Shown piece after piece: positions 19,478-30,595 of a DNA stretch of 55,597 nt. The notes beneath the pieces were generated by a model. The model did not search any database. It saw nothing but the letters and a program-made list of their open reading frames with translations, and had not been told where the DNA came from. Numbering within the stretch: position 1 is the first letter of the stretch; each line of letters begins with the position of its first letter. The DNA comes from Dehalococcoidia bacterium (GTDB taxonomy: Bacteria > Chloroflexota > Dehalococcoidia > SZUA-161): NCBI GenBank assembly GCA_011174795.1, contig DUEY01000015.1, positions 1 through 55,597 on the forward strand, in the 5' to 3' direction. The position numbers and the translations under genes were made by a program.

Positions 19478-21331
19478 GTGAGAAAAAAGATGGTGGACAT
19501 CGACAGCATACTCCCCACAGTAACAAGGCCCGCCCGTTACATGGGGGGGGAGTGGAACAGCGTGGTCAAGGACTGGGAGGCGACAGAGATAAAGGTCGTT
19601 ATCTCCTATCCCGATACCTACGAGATAGGTATGTCCAACTTGGGTCTGGCCATTATCTACGACCTGCTGAACCAGCAGAAGGATGTGCTGGCGGAGCGTG
19701 TTTTCGCGCCCTGGGTGGATATGGAGGCTGTCATGCGCCATGAGGGCATCCCTCTGTTCAGCTTGGAATCGAAACGTCCGGTCAGGGACTTCGATATCCT
19801 CGGCATTTCACTGGGCTATGAGCTTACCTACAGCAACGTGTTGAATCTCCTCAACCTGGCGGGACTTCCAGCTCTGGCTGCTGAGCGGGGCGATGCGCTG
19901 CCGCTGGTCATCGCCGGCGGGAGCTGTGCGCTCCAACCCGAGCCGCTGGCGGAGTTCATAGACCTCTTCGTGGTTGGTGATGGCGAGGAGGTGGTCTTCG
20001 AGTTACTGGACGTGTTTCGGCGGTGGAGGAAGGACGGTTCGGGCAGGAAACAGGAGCTGCTGAGAGAGGCTGCCAGAATCCCCGGCATCTATGTGCCCGG
20101 TTTCTATGGGGTCGAATATAACGCTGACGGTACCGTGGCTTCGATCACACCCACGGTTGCTGAGGCCAAGCCCGTGATAGAGCGGCATATCGTGGATAAA
20201 CTGCCCTATCCACTGACACGGCCTGTGGTGCCTTACCTTCAGGTGGTGCACGACCGGGCGGCGGTGGAGATACAGCGTGGCTGCTCCCAGGGGTGCCGCT
20301 TCTGCCAGGCGGGCATAATCTACCGACCGGTACGGGAGCGAACACAGGAGGAGGTGGTCAAGGCGGTAGATGAATTAATGAGAAACTGCGGCTATGACGA
20401 GGTCTCGCTGCTTTCCCTCAGCACCACCGATTACCCGGGTATCGCGAACCTGGTTGAAACGCTGTCGCGGAAATACGAAGGGGAAAACCTTGTGCTGTCG
20501 CTGCCCAGCCTGCGCCTCGATACCTTTTCGGTGGAACTGGCTGATTCTTTTCGTGACGGCAAGAAGTCGAGCTTCACCTTCGCCCCTGAGGCGGGGTCGG
20601 AGCGACTGCGCAGAGCGATTAACAAGGGTATTTCAGAGGAAGCTATAATAAAGGCCATTGAGACCGCCTGGGAGCGGGGTTGGAGAAGCGTTAAGCTCTA
20701 CTTCATGATCGGGCTGCCTACCGAGACCATGGAGGATATAGAGGGAATAGTCCAGCTCGTGCGCAGGATCAGGGGTATCGGTAAGGGGAGAATTAATGTA
20801 AGGGTTAATGCATCTACCTTTGTCCCCAAGCCTCATACCCCGTTTCAGTGGGTAGCTCAGGCATTGGAGGAGGAGCTTACCGAGAAACAGCAGGTGCTTA
20901 AAGCCGGGCTGAAGAGGGTAGGAGTTCAGCTGTCATGGCAGGACCCTGGGATGAGCCTGCTGGAGGGGGTTTTTTCACGCGGTGACCGGCGCCTGGCTGA
21001 GGTGATCCAGCGTGCGTGGGGCAAGGGATGCCGGTTCGATGCCTGGAGCGAGCACTTCAGCTGCGAGAAATGGCAGGAAGCGTTCAGCGAATGTGGGCTC
21101 GATCCCCATTTCTACGCCTGCAGAGAGCGCTCACTGGATGAGATATTACCCTGGTCTCATATAGATACCGGCGTTAGACCGGCTTTTCTGAAGAAGGAAT
21201 ACGAGCGCACCAGGCAGGGGCGAGAGACCCACAATTGCGGCACTGGACCCTGCAACGCATGCGGGCTCCAGGATAAGCATGATGATTGCCGGAGGAAGTA
21301 CTGGGATTTGAGTGCTGCATCCAAGCGGTGA
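19478..21331 (+). CDS. TIGR03960-like B12-binding radical SAM protein
   Basis: PARYMGGEWN, YPDTYEIGMSNLG, IQRGCSQGCRFCQAG (CxxxCxxC), C-terminal C-x4-C-x2-CG. Confidence 0.9.
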   Translation: MRKKMVDIDSILPTVTRPARYMGGEWNSVVKDWEATEIKVVISYPDTYEIGMSNLGLAIIYDLLNQQKDVLAERVFAPWVDMEAVMRHEGIPLFSLESKRPVRDFDILGISLGYELTYSNVLNLLNLAGLPALAAERGDALPLVIAGGSCALQPEPLAEFIDLFVVGDGEEVVFELLDVFRRWRKDGSGRKQELLREAARIPGIYVPGFYGVEYNADGTVASITPTVAEAKPVIERHIVDKLPYPLTRPVVPYLQVVHDRAAVEIQRGCSQGCRFCQAGIIYRPVRERTQEEVVKAVDELMRNCGYDEVSLLSLSTTDYPGIANLVETLSRKYEGENLVLSLPSLRLDTFSVELADSFRDGKKSSFTFAPEAGSERLRRAINKGISEEAIIKAIETAWERGWRSVKLYFMIGLPTETMEDIEGIVQLVRRIRGIGKGRINVRVNASTFVPKPHTPFQWVAQALEEELTEKQQVLKAGLKRVGVQLSWQDPGMSLLEGVFSRGDRRLAEVIQRAWGKGCRFDAWSEHFSCEKWQEAFSECGLDPHFYACRERSLDEILPWSHIDTGVRPAFLKKEYERTRQGRETHNCGTGPCNACGLQDKHDDCRRKYWDLSAASKR

Positions 21332-21361
21332 GGTAGGGAAGCGGCTGGGTAATAAACATCC

Positions 21362-21991
21362 TCACGCTATATACAGAAATCTGCACGCGTTCAGAGCCCA
21401 TGTCGGACAGGGCTCGGTTCTGGGCATGAATACCTTGCTGATAAGCAGGGCTGTGAGCACCCCGATAAAAGCGCCGGTGATGATGTCAACGAAGAAGTGA
21501 ACACCCCCGTAAAACCGGGCGAAGCACCAGAGGAAGGCCAGGAAATAGATAAGCATTCCTGCCTTACGGTGGCCCAGCCAGATGCCGGTGGCGGCGGCGA
21601 AGGATATCGTGGCTCCGTTGCTGGGGAAGGTGGGGTCGTGGGTGTGATAGAAAATGGTATCAGACGCGAGATAAGCGCTCTGCTGAATAATGGTATCGGG
21701 GAGTGCCGGGTCGAAGGGCCGGGGCCAGAAATGATGGACGTTTATTATGGTTACAACAAGGGTGGATATCCCTATGGCGACCGAGGCGTTCATGATGTGC
21801 CGCTGCAGATATTCTCTGCGCGCGGGGTCGGGATGGCCGACCCAGAGGCCGAGCATGATAAGGCAGATGACCACAGGGATGAAAAAGTCGCTGACGAGAA
21901 GGCTCATGACATCGTTCAGGGCAGGTACGTTCTGTTCAACGACCTCCACCGCTTCTGTTATGGTTAGCGTCCATCCCGCAAGTGGCGGCAT
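21362..21991 (-). CDS. PAP2 family membrane phosphatase (BcrC/undecaprenyl-PP phosphatase-like)
   Basis: WPRP, TFPSNG, ARFYGGVHFFVD; multiple TM segments; TGATG overlap with upstream gene. Confidence 0.82.
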   Translation of the reverse strand: MPPLAGWTLTITEAVEVVEQNVPALNDVMSLLVSDFFIPVVICLIMLGLWVGHPDPARREYLQRHIMNASVAIGISTLVVTIINVHHFWPRPFDPALPDTIIQQSAYLASDTIFYHTHDPTFPSNGATISFAAATGIWLGHRKAGMLIYFLAFLWCFARFYGGVHFFVDIITGAFIGVLTALLISKVFMPRTEPCPTWALNACRFLYIA

Positions 21992-22413
21992 CAGTTGTCC
22001 TCCTCCCAGCTCTTTCTCTCTTTCCTAAGGCTGCTAAGAATGCCGCCGATGAGGGTAGTGGTTTTCAATGTTTGCATCCCTTCTTCGTGTTGCTTGCCTT
22101 TTACGGGCTCTTCCGGGCACGAGTCGACCTTCGACTGGATTATAGACGCCAGGATGGCAGTGAATACATATGCGGCGATGATTGATATAAGGAATAACCC
22201 CAGTTGCTGGGCTCCTTCTACAGTGTGCTGGAAGTTGCGGTTCTCATCGGTAAAGAACCAGGCGAATGCGCTGACGACAACCGCTATCCCGAAGAGGCAT
22301 TGAAGTATAGGCTGTCCGAAGAACCAGAGCCCCTTAAGCCCGGCGGGGATAGATGCTATCTGATAGACCCCGACGGCCCCTATGAACACCAGCAAGAAAT
22401 AATCCAGAGCCAT
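21991..22413 (-). CDS. Hypothetical membrane protein (3 TM)
   Basis: AGGAGAG SD; tightly coupled between GT2 and PAP2 genes. Confidence 0.75.
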   Translation of the reverse strand: MALDYFLLVFIGAVGVYQIASIPAGLKGLWFFGQPILQCLFGIAVVVSAFAWFFTDENRNFQHTVEGAQQLGLFLISIIAAYVFTAILASIIQSKVDSCPEEPVKGKQHEEGMQTLKTTTLIGGILSSLRKERKSWEEDN

Positions 22414-22416
22414 GTG

Positions 22417-23583
22417 CTAGGCACTCTCCTTCAAGATTTGTACTTCTGTGCTCTTGGCCTTATGTTTCACACGCCAGGTCCATATGACACTCCATGAGAA
22501 GTCCCAGAGCACAACGCACGCCGTGGCGATAACCCAGGAAAGCTTATTGTACTGGAAGCCGACGACATCGGTAAAGAGTGAGAGCATGCCGACATGGATA
22601 CCTACCCCCGCACCTGCAACGGTATGGTATTTGAGTACCCTTTTAAAGAAAGTTTTTCTGCCCGGAATTCGCCTGTCCCTGAAGGTCCACAATTCATTCC
22701 AGGTGAAATTATTAAGGATTGAGATCTCATAGGCTATGACTGCTGACCAGCGATAGTGCAGGCCCCCTAATTCAGTGCAGAGTGTTAATACTCCCCAGTT
22801 AATAACAGTGCCGCTGGCTCCCACAATACAGAATTTGACGAATCTTTTCAAATTGCCTTCAAACCATGCCAGGCGGATAAGGTGTATCAGGAATTTAATC
22901 TGTTCGCGGAGGGTTAGATTGCTCTTGCCGCGTTCTCTTGCCCTGAAGATATAGGGGACCTCTATAACCCGGCCGGCGTTTCCCTTGACCAGTACCTCAA
23001 GCAGTATTTTATAGCCGGTGGGAGCGAGGACCGCGTCCTCTATGACATGGCGTTTGAACAGGAAGAAGCCCGTGAGGGGATCTTTGATGCCTTTAATCGA
23101 GGGAAGGAGCAGTCCCGCCGGCAGTATTGTCAGCTTGGCAGCAACCTTGGAGATGATTCGCCGATTTATGCTCCAGCCCTCGGTGCCGCCGCCTTCGATG
23201 TAACGACTCGCGATAGCGACATCGGTGCCTCCCTTGATGGTCTCCAGCAGGGAAGGCAATACCTCGGGGGGATGTTGTAGGTCGGCATCGATTGCTCCTA
23301 GAACCTTCCCCCTCGCTTCGCGGAATCCGGCTACCACTGCTGATGCTAAACCACGCTCATTCGTGCGTACTATAACTCTAATTGGGTACTGAGCGGAGAG
23401 GCTCTTTGCTACTTCAGCGGTGCCGTCGGGGCTGTTGTCGTCGACAACGATAAGCTCGTAGCTGTATTGAGATAGTGCTTTATCTACTCTCTCGGCGAGG
23501 TGTGCTATGTTGTCCTTCTCATTATAAGTGGGCACTATCAGTGAGAGTTCGATATCTGACGCGTTTCGCGATCCCATTCTCAA
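22417..23583 (-). CDS. GT2 polyprenol-phosphate glycosyltransferase (DPM1-like) fused to GtrA flippase-like domain
   Basis: IVPTYNE, VVDDNSPDGT, DADLQHPPE, SRY; C-terminal KFCIVGASGTVIN...NNFTWNELWTF GtrA signature. Confidence 0.9.
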   Translation of the reverse strand: MRMGSRNASDIELSLIVPTYNEKDNIAHLAERVDKALSQYSYELIVVDDNSPDGTAEVAKSLSAQYPIRVIVRTNERGLASAVVAGFREARGKVLGAIDADLQHPPEVLPSLLETIKGGTDVAIASRYIEGGGTEGWSINRRIISKVAAKLTILPAGLLLPSIKGIKDPLTGFFLFKRHVIEDAVLAPTGYKILLEVLVKGNAGRVIEVPYIFRARERGKSNLTLREQIKFLIHLIRLAWFEGNLKRFVKFCIVGASGTVINWGVLTLCTELGGLHYRWSAVIAYEISILNNFTWNELWTFRDRRIPGRKTFFKRVLKYHTVAGAGVGIHVGMLSLFTDVVGFQYNKLSWVIATACVVLWDFSWSVIWTWRVKHKAKSTEVQILKESA

Positions 23584-23614
23584 AGCCCTGGGGCAGAGCC
23601 TCGTGGCAGAAGTG

Positions 23615-23653
23615 GCCTCCGATAGTCAACCGCATTACGTGACTATCGGAGGC
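23615..23653. repeat. Perfect 14-bp inverted repeat between ilvE and GT2 gene
   Basis: GCCTCCGATAGTCA-N11-TGACTATCGGAGGC. Confidence 0.85.
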
Positions 23654-23670
23654 TTCCTTCTAGTGATTTC

Positions 23671-24603
23671 TCATGTTTTGACCATCTTGGTGCAGGCTGA
23701 GCTGCACCAATGCAGGTACTTCTTGTTCCTGCCGCACTCAACGTCGAAGTAGAGCTTTTGCAGTTCCCTGGTCAGCTTTCCCGGTGCTCCTTTACTCACC
23801 TTGCGGTTGTCTATTTCAACAACGGGTGTCACGTGTGCCGCTGTGCCGGTCAGGAAACACTCATCGGCAACATACAGCTCGCTGCGGTCAATATGCCTTT
23901 CTACGGTTTCTATGCCCAGTTCGTTCTTGGCAAGCTGGATGACGGTATCCCTGGTGATTCCCATGAGGATTCTATCGTAGCAGGATGGTGTGACCAACTG
24001 GCCGTCAATGACCAGGAAGATATTCTCGCCACTGCCTTCGGACACGTGGCCATCGGAGGTGAGCATGATGGCCTCGTCATAACCGTTCTCCACCGCCTCG
24101 GTCTTGGCGAATGCGTTGTTCACGTAAAGTCCCGAGATCTTACACCGCGGCGGGATCATATTGTCGTCGATCCTTCTCCATGAGGAAGTGCAGCAGCGGA
24201 TGCCTTTCTCGGTATCCAGATAGGGGCCGAATGTGGTAACGATAATAAGGAAGTTGTCTTCGAGCCCATGCAGTCTGACCCCGAAAAGCTCCGAACTCTT
24301 GTAAGCCAACGGGCGTATGTAGATATCCTCACGGTATCCTGATTTCTGGACGAGCTCGATAGTCAGTTCGCACAGCTTATCTATAGAGTGCGGCAGGGCG
24401 ATCTTGAGCAGCTTGCAACTGTTGAGCAGCCTCTGATAGTGCTCCGGACAGCGGAAGATGTAGAGCTCTTCGTCCTTGGCGTTCCAGTTCCCCCTGATGC
24501 CCTCGAAGCAGGCGGTCCCGTAGTGAAAGGCGTGGGTCATGATGCCTATCTTAGCTTCTGATAGCGGGAGAAACTGGTTCTGAAAATATGCATACGGCGG
24601 CAT
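23671..24603 (-). CDS. ilvE: Branched-chain amino acid aminotransferase
   Basis: HYGTACFEGIR, YIRP, KISGLY, EGSGEN, GITR, FLTGTAA (fold-type IV PLP enzyme). Confidence 0.95.
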   Translation of the reverse strand: MPPYAYFQNQFLPLSEAKIGIMTHAFHYGTACFEGIRGNWNAKDEELYIFRCPEHYQRLLNSCKLLKIALPHSIDKLCELTIELVQKSGYREDIYIRPLAYKSSELFGVRLHGLEDNFLIIVTTFGPYLDTEKGIRCCTSSWRRIDDNMIPPRCKISGLYVNNAFAKTEAVENGYDEAIMLTSDGHVSEGSGENIFLVIDGQLVTPSCYDRILMGITRDTVIQLAKNELGIETVERHIDRSELYVADECFLTGTAAHVTPVVEIDNRKVSKGAPGKLTRELQKLYFDVECGRNKKYLHWCSSACTKMVKT

Positions 24604-24664
24604 ACTATACTTCCTTTGTAACTGTTTTGTAGGCGCTTCCTAATGCGTTTGTTACTGTTGATAC

Positions 24665-24693
24665 AGTATAACGAGCTTGGTGCACTAAGGCAA
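24665..24693 (-). promoter_or_regulatory. Putative ilvE promoter TTGCCT-N17-TATACT
   Basis: Consensus-like hexamers with 17-nt spacing. Confidence 0.5.
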
Positions 24694-24769
24694 GCCTTCG
24701 CCCGCTCTCTGCTTGAACAAGCGGTTCTTTGGTGCTAACATAAGCTAGATTTGGTAAATTGATAGAAGG

Positions 24770-25963
24770 TTGTACAGGGTGTCGGAGACCTACGATGCAA
24801 TGGTAGTAGGGGCGGGGCCTGCAGGCAGTTACCTCGCCTACAGACTTGCCAAGCTGGGTTACAAGGTGCTCGTTTTCGAGCGGCGTCCGAAAGTGGGGGA
24901 TGCTGTCTGCTGCACCGGCATTGTGGGTAAGGAATGCCTGGATAGGTTTCCCATAGCGAATGATACTCCCGCGGTTCAGGCAAACTCAGCCACGTTTTAT
25001 GCTCCTTCCGGAGAGTCTCTCAGCCTCCGCAAGGAAACGGCTCAGGCTTATGTAGTCGATCGAGCTGCCTTCGATAATGCGCTTGCCCGGCGGGCACAGG
25101 ATGAGGGGGCGGAGTATCTCATGTCGGCGAGGGTGAATGACCTTGTACTCTTTGACCATCGTGTCAGGGCTGATGTAGAACTTGGAGGGAGGACGGGAAA
25201 TTTCGAGGGCAAAGTAGCGGTTATCAGCACTGGATTCGGGGCTTCGCTGCCAGGAAAGCTGGGGCTGGGGAAAATAAGTGATTTCGTTCTAGGAGCGCAG
25301 GCGGAGGTCGATATAAAAGGGGTGGACGAAGTCGAGATTTACATGGGGCAAAGTATAGCGCCGGGCTTTTTCGCCTGGCTTGTTCCTACTACGTCGGGCA
25401 GAGGGCTGGCGGGTCTGCTTACACGGCGCGACCCGCCGTCATATTTGAAAAACTTCCTTTCGAAGTTGCATGAGCAGGGTAAGATAGCCTCTACCGATGT
25501 TGAGTGCAATTATGGCGGCATTCCGCTGAGGCCGTTGTCCAGGACATATAGAGACCGCGTGGTAGTCGTTGGTGATGCAGCGGGGCAGGTGAAGCCTACT
25601 ACCGGCGGCGGAGTGTACTACGGAATGCTGTGTGCAGATATAGCTGCCGATACTATTCATGAAGCGCTCTGCGCGGATGACTTCTCGGCGGAGAGATTGG
25701 CTGATTATGAGCAGCGATGGAAGAGAATTCTTGCCAAGGAGATACAGATAGGTTACTTGGCTCGAAGGTTCTATGAAAAGTTGAGCGATAGCCAGATAGA
25801 GCACATATTCGGTATTATTCAGGCAGATAGGATTCACGAAGACCTGCTTCGTTCTCCAGACTTCTCATTTGACTGGCATGGCGACGCTATTCTGAGGGTT
25901 CTGGGACACAGGACCATGGCCAGGACCATATGGAGAATGGCGAAATCTCTGCTGCCTCTTTGA
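24770..25963 (+). CDS. Geranylgeranyl reductase family FAD-dependent oxidoreductase
   Basis: VVGAGPAGS, VDRAAFD, APGFFAWLVP, VGDAAGQVKPTTGGGVY; start may be GTG 24779. Confidence 0.88.
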   Translation: MYRVSETYDAMVVGAGPAGSYLAYRLAKLGYKVLVFERRPKVGDAVCCTGIVGKECLDRFPIANDTPAVQANSATFYAPSGESLSLRKETAQAYVVDRAAFDNALARRAQDEGAEYLMSARVNDLVLFDHRVRADVELGGRTGNFEGKVAVISTGFGASLPGKLGLGKISDFVLGAQAEVDIKGVDEVEIYMGQSIAPGFFAWLVPTTSGRGLAGLLTRRDPPSYLKNFLSKLHEQGKIASTDVECNYGGIPLRPLSRTYRDRVVVVGDAAGQVKPTTGGGVYYGMLCADIAADTIHEALCADDFSAERLADYEQRWKRILAKEIQIGYLARRFYEKLSDSQIEHIFGIIQADRIHEDLLRSPDFSFDWHGDAILRVLGHRTMARTIWRMAKSLLPL

Positions 25964-26002
25964 GATTTTAATAATAATCTCAGGGTCTGTCGGGGTGTAA
26001 GC

Positions 26003-26030
26003 AATGGGGCTTTTAGCCCCATTTACTCTT
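26003..26030 (+). terminator. Probable intrinsic terminator
   Basis: AATGGGGC-TTTTA-GCCCCATT followed by TACTCTT. Confidence 0.55.
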
Positions 26031-26048
26031 GAATAAACAGGTGCACGT

Positions 26049-27314
26049 GTGTATCAGAAAACAGTTTTGGACAACGGGCTGCGTGTAGTTACCAGCGCTA
26101 TGCCCCATACCCGCTCGGTCTGTGTCTGCTTCTTTATCGGAACGGGCTCGAGATATGAAATGCCTGAGCAAGCAGGGCTGAGCCATTTCGTGGAGCATCT
26201 GTGCTTCAAAGGTACCGAGCGGCGACCGACTGCTAAGGATATCTCGGAGACAATCGATGGTATCGGGGGAGTTCTCAATGGGGGAACTGATAAGGAGCTA
26301 ACGGTTTACTGGGTCAAGGTTGCCCGACCTCACTTCTCACTGGCTTTGGATTTACTTGTGGATATAATTCGCAACTCTAAATTCGATCCCGTCGAGATGG
26401 AGAACGAACGCAAGGTCATTATCGAAGAAATAAATATGTCTATGGATTCCCCTCAGAGCCGCGTCGATATGCTAATCGATGAAATCGTATGGCCTGACCA
26501 GCCGCTGGGGCTCGATGTTGCGGGGAGCAGGGAGACGGTTTCCGCAATTGAGCGTCATATGGTCCTTGATTACCTGTCGCGCCATTACCTTCCCGGTAAT
26601 ACTGTGGTAAGCGTAGCCGGCGATGTAAGCCATAAAGAAGTGGTTGATGCAGTACATGAGGCACTCTGCGACTGGGTTGACGGAACACCTGGCATCTGGT
26701 CGCCTGCTGATAATAATCAGGATGCACCTCGCCTTGTCGCCGAGCAGCGGGATACGGAGCAGGTATACCTCTGCCTGTCGTTGCGCGGGTTACCCCACAC
26801 GCATCCCGAACGTTTCGCACTCGCTCTCCTGAACATAATCCTGGGAGAGGGAATGAGCAGCCGTCTCTTCCAAGAAATCCGAGAACGCCGGGCGCTTGCT
26901 TACGATGTCCATAGCCATATCAGCCATTTCCACGATTCTGGCTCGGTTAATATCTATGCCGGTGTCGATAGTAACAAGGTTGAGGATGTCATCGAAGCAA
27001 TAGTAAACGAGCTGGGGAAGCTCAGGGATAACATTGTCCTGGAAAACGAGATACTCAAAGCTAAAGAGCTGGGGAAAGGGCGTCTGATGCTGCGCATGGA
27101 AGACACACGCAGCGTGGCGGGTTGGACAGGAGGGCAAGAATTACTCATGGGTCATATCCGTACGGTGGATGAGGTGGTTTCGATAGTCGATGCTATCCCC
27201 GCCAGTGAGTTGCAGCGGGTAGCACAGGAGTTGTTCGTGACTGATAAGCTCTGTCTTGCTCTGGTGGGGCCTGCGGGAAAAGAAGAGCGTCTGAGGAAGC
27301 TGCTCAAGCTTTAG
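26049..27314 (+). CDS. M16 (pitrilysin) family zinc peptidase
   Basis: HFVEH inverted zincin motif, NGGT, GEGMSSRLFQEIRE. Confidence 0.94.
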   Translation: MYQKTVLDNGLRVVTSAMPHTRSVCVCFFIGTGSRYEMPEQAGLSHFVEHLCFKGTERRPTAKDISETIDGIGGVLNGGTDKELTVYWVKVARPHFSLALDLLVDIIRNSKFDPVEMENERKVIIEEINMSMDSPQSRVDMLIDEIVWPDQPLGLDVAGSRETVSAIERHMVLDYLSRHYLPGNTVVSVAGDVSHKEVVDAVHEALCDWVDGTPGIWSPADNNQDAPRLVAEQRDTEQVYLCLSLRGLPHTHPERFALALLNIILGEGMSSRLFQEIRERRALAYDVHSHISHFHDSGSVNIYAGVDSNKVEDVIEAIVNELGKLRDNIVLENEILKAKELGKGRLMLRMEDTRSVAGWTGGQELLMGHIRTVDEVVSIVDAIPASELQRVAQELFVTDKLCLALVGPAGKEERLRKLLKL

Positions 27315-27341
27315 CTCTGTCGCCTGCATTGGCAATAATAA

Positions 27342-27377
27342 AAGAAGCAGCTGTGGCAGTTGCCGCAGCTGCTTCTT
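27342..27377. terminator. Bidirectional terminator-like hairpin between M16 peptidase and groEL
   Basis: AAGAAGCAGCTGTGGCA/TGCCGCAGCTGCTTCTT stem with A/T-rich flanks. Confidence 0.75.
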
Positions 27378-27405
27378 ATTAGCTTTGGGGTTTGTTAGAA
27401 CCTTT

Positions 27406-29034
<1,629 letters not shown>

Positions 29035-29081
29035 TCACCTCTCTGATTAGTGTTATTCAGGTTTAATTTCTGATAGTTTTC

Positions 29082-29384
29082 CTACTTACTTACCTTGGCG
29101 AGAATATCAGCTTCACGCAGGATGAGATATTCCTCATCTTTATACTTCCACTCGGTGCCGGCATACTTGGCGTAGATAACTCTATCGCCCTTCTTCACCT
29201 CCATCTCGATTCGTTTACCGTCATCTCCCAGCTTGCCGGGCCCGACTGCCACTATCTCGCCCTCTTGCGGCTTCTCCTTGGCGGTATCGGGGAGCACAAT
29301 ACCGCCCTTTGTGACTTCCTCCTTGACGATCGGCTTTATAATGACCCGATCGGCAAGGGGTTTCAGGTTCATTGCCATCTTCAA
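29082..29384 (-). CDS. groES: Co-chaperonin GroES
   Basis: [24 protein letters not shown]; start could be 29378 or 29372. Confidence 0.98.
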   Translation of the reverse strand: MKMAMNLKPLADRVIIKPIVKEEVTKGGIVLPDTAKEKPQEGEIVAVGPGKLGDDGKRIEMEVKKGDRVIYAKYAGTEWKYKDEEYLILREADILAKVSK

Positions 29385-29426
29385 GCTCCTTTTACTAGTA
29401 TTTGATTTCGCTTTGTAAACCTGCGA

Positions 29427-29453
29427 TTAGCACTCTCAAACCGAGAGTGCTAA
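29427..29453. promoter_or_regulatory. CIRCE element (HrcA operator)
   Basis: Perfect TTAGCACTC-N9-GAGTGCTAA upstream of groES. Confidence 0.97.
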
Positions 29454-29695
29454 TCACCCTTAAGATAACGTACAGCTAACTGAAGCGCAAGTCAATCTAA
29501 GACTAATTACAGCCATTGAAAGTAATTGTCAGTAATTCAGAGACTTTTAGCTCCCATTTTCCTGCGCCTTATATTCACCTTCTCCGCTAAATTCTATTGG
29601 AATGACTTTTATGGTATTAGCGTGTAAACAAATACAAGCCTGATTAAATGATAGTTTTATATTTGATCTGCGGATGGCGTCTGGTGGAGAGAGTA

Positions 29696-30559
29696 TTATT
29701 GTCTTACGATAATCCTGTTGTCAATGAGAAACTGAATGATTTCGGCGGCAGCTTCCCTGGGGGGTTTCTCGATGGCAGAGGATTTCTTCTGCTGGACTCC
29801 TCCTGACATGAGCAGCTTCATTCTTTCCTGTGCCGAAAGGCTGCTATCCATAGTAGCTGTTTTCTTCAAGCGGGGTTTTGGCTGGGAGATACCCAAAGAA
29901 GCCAGTGCTGGCTCGATACTTGCCAAATCGATACCGAGTGCCTGGGCATCAAGTATGGTTATGCTCTTCTTGAGACCGGCTAATATAGTCCGGAGTGGGG
30001 GATAGAGAGGGCTGCTGAGAACGCTGTCGACGGTGAAAACAGCGGGCAAAGAGGTCTCAACGACCTCTCTATCTCCGCCCTTGACACGTCTCCGCACTGT
30101 CGCGGAGTTTGTGTCAGTAAAAACATCTATCCTGGTAGTGGAGGTTACCAATGGTAAATTCAACTCTTCCGCTATCCCTGCTCCCAGGAAACCGTTGCCT
30201 TCGTCTGTTGACTCTTTGCCACAGAGAATGAGGTCGTACCTATTTTTAGAGAGGAAACGGGCTATAACGATAGAGGTTGAGTAGCTATCAAGGGTATTAA
30301 AGGATTCATCACACAGGTGTATGGCTTCGTCTGCCCCCATCTTCAAGCAGGTTTTCAGAACCTCTTCTGCTTTCGATGGACCCAGGCTGATTGCCACGAC
30401 TTCCCCACCGTGCTTGTCTCTTTGCTTGATGGCCTCGCTGACCGCAACTTCGTCTACAGGGTCCATGATGTAACGGACATTATCGAGTTGACCGGTTACT
30501 ATGTTGAATTTAACGATGGTTGGGTCCAGTATCTGTTTGACGCAAACGCCGATTCTCAT
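29696..30559 (-). CDS. etfB: Electron transfer flavoprotein beta subunit (second, divergent)
   Basis: VCVKQILDP, AISLGP, MGADEAIH, ILCGKESTD, LPAVFTV. Confidence 0.9.
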   Translation of the reverse strand: MRIGVCVKQILDPTIVKFNIVTGQLDNVRYIMDPVDEVAVSEAIKQRDKHGGEVVAISLGPSKAEEVLKTCLKMGADEAIHLCDESFNTLDSYSTSIVIARFLSKNRYDLILCGKESTDEGNGFLGAGIAEELNLPLVTSTTRIDVFTDTNSATVRRRVKGGDREVVETSLPAVFTVDSVLSSPLYPPLRTILAGLKKSITILDAQALGIDLASIEPALASLGISQPKPRLKKTATMDSSLSAQERMKLLMSGGVQQKKSSAIEKPPREAAAEIIQFLIDNRIIVRQ

Positions 30560-30595
30560 TTTTTCTCAAACTTCATTGAGTCAGTTTAGGCGTTT

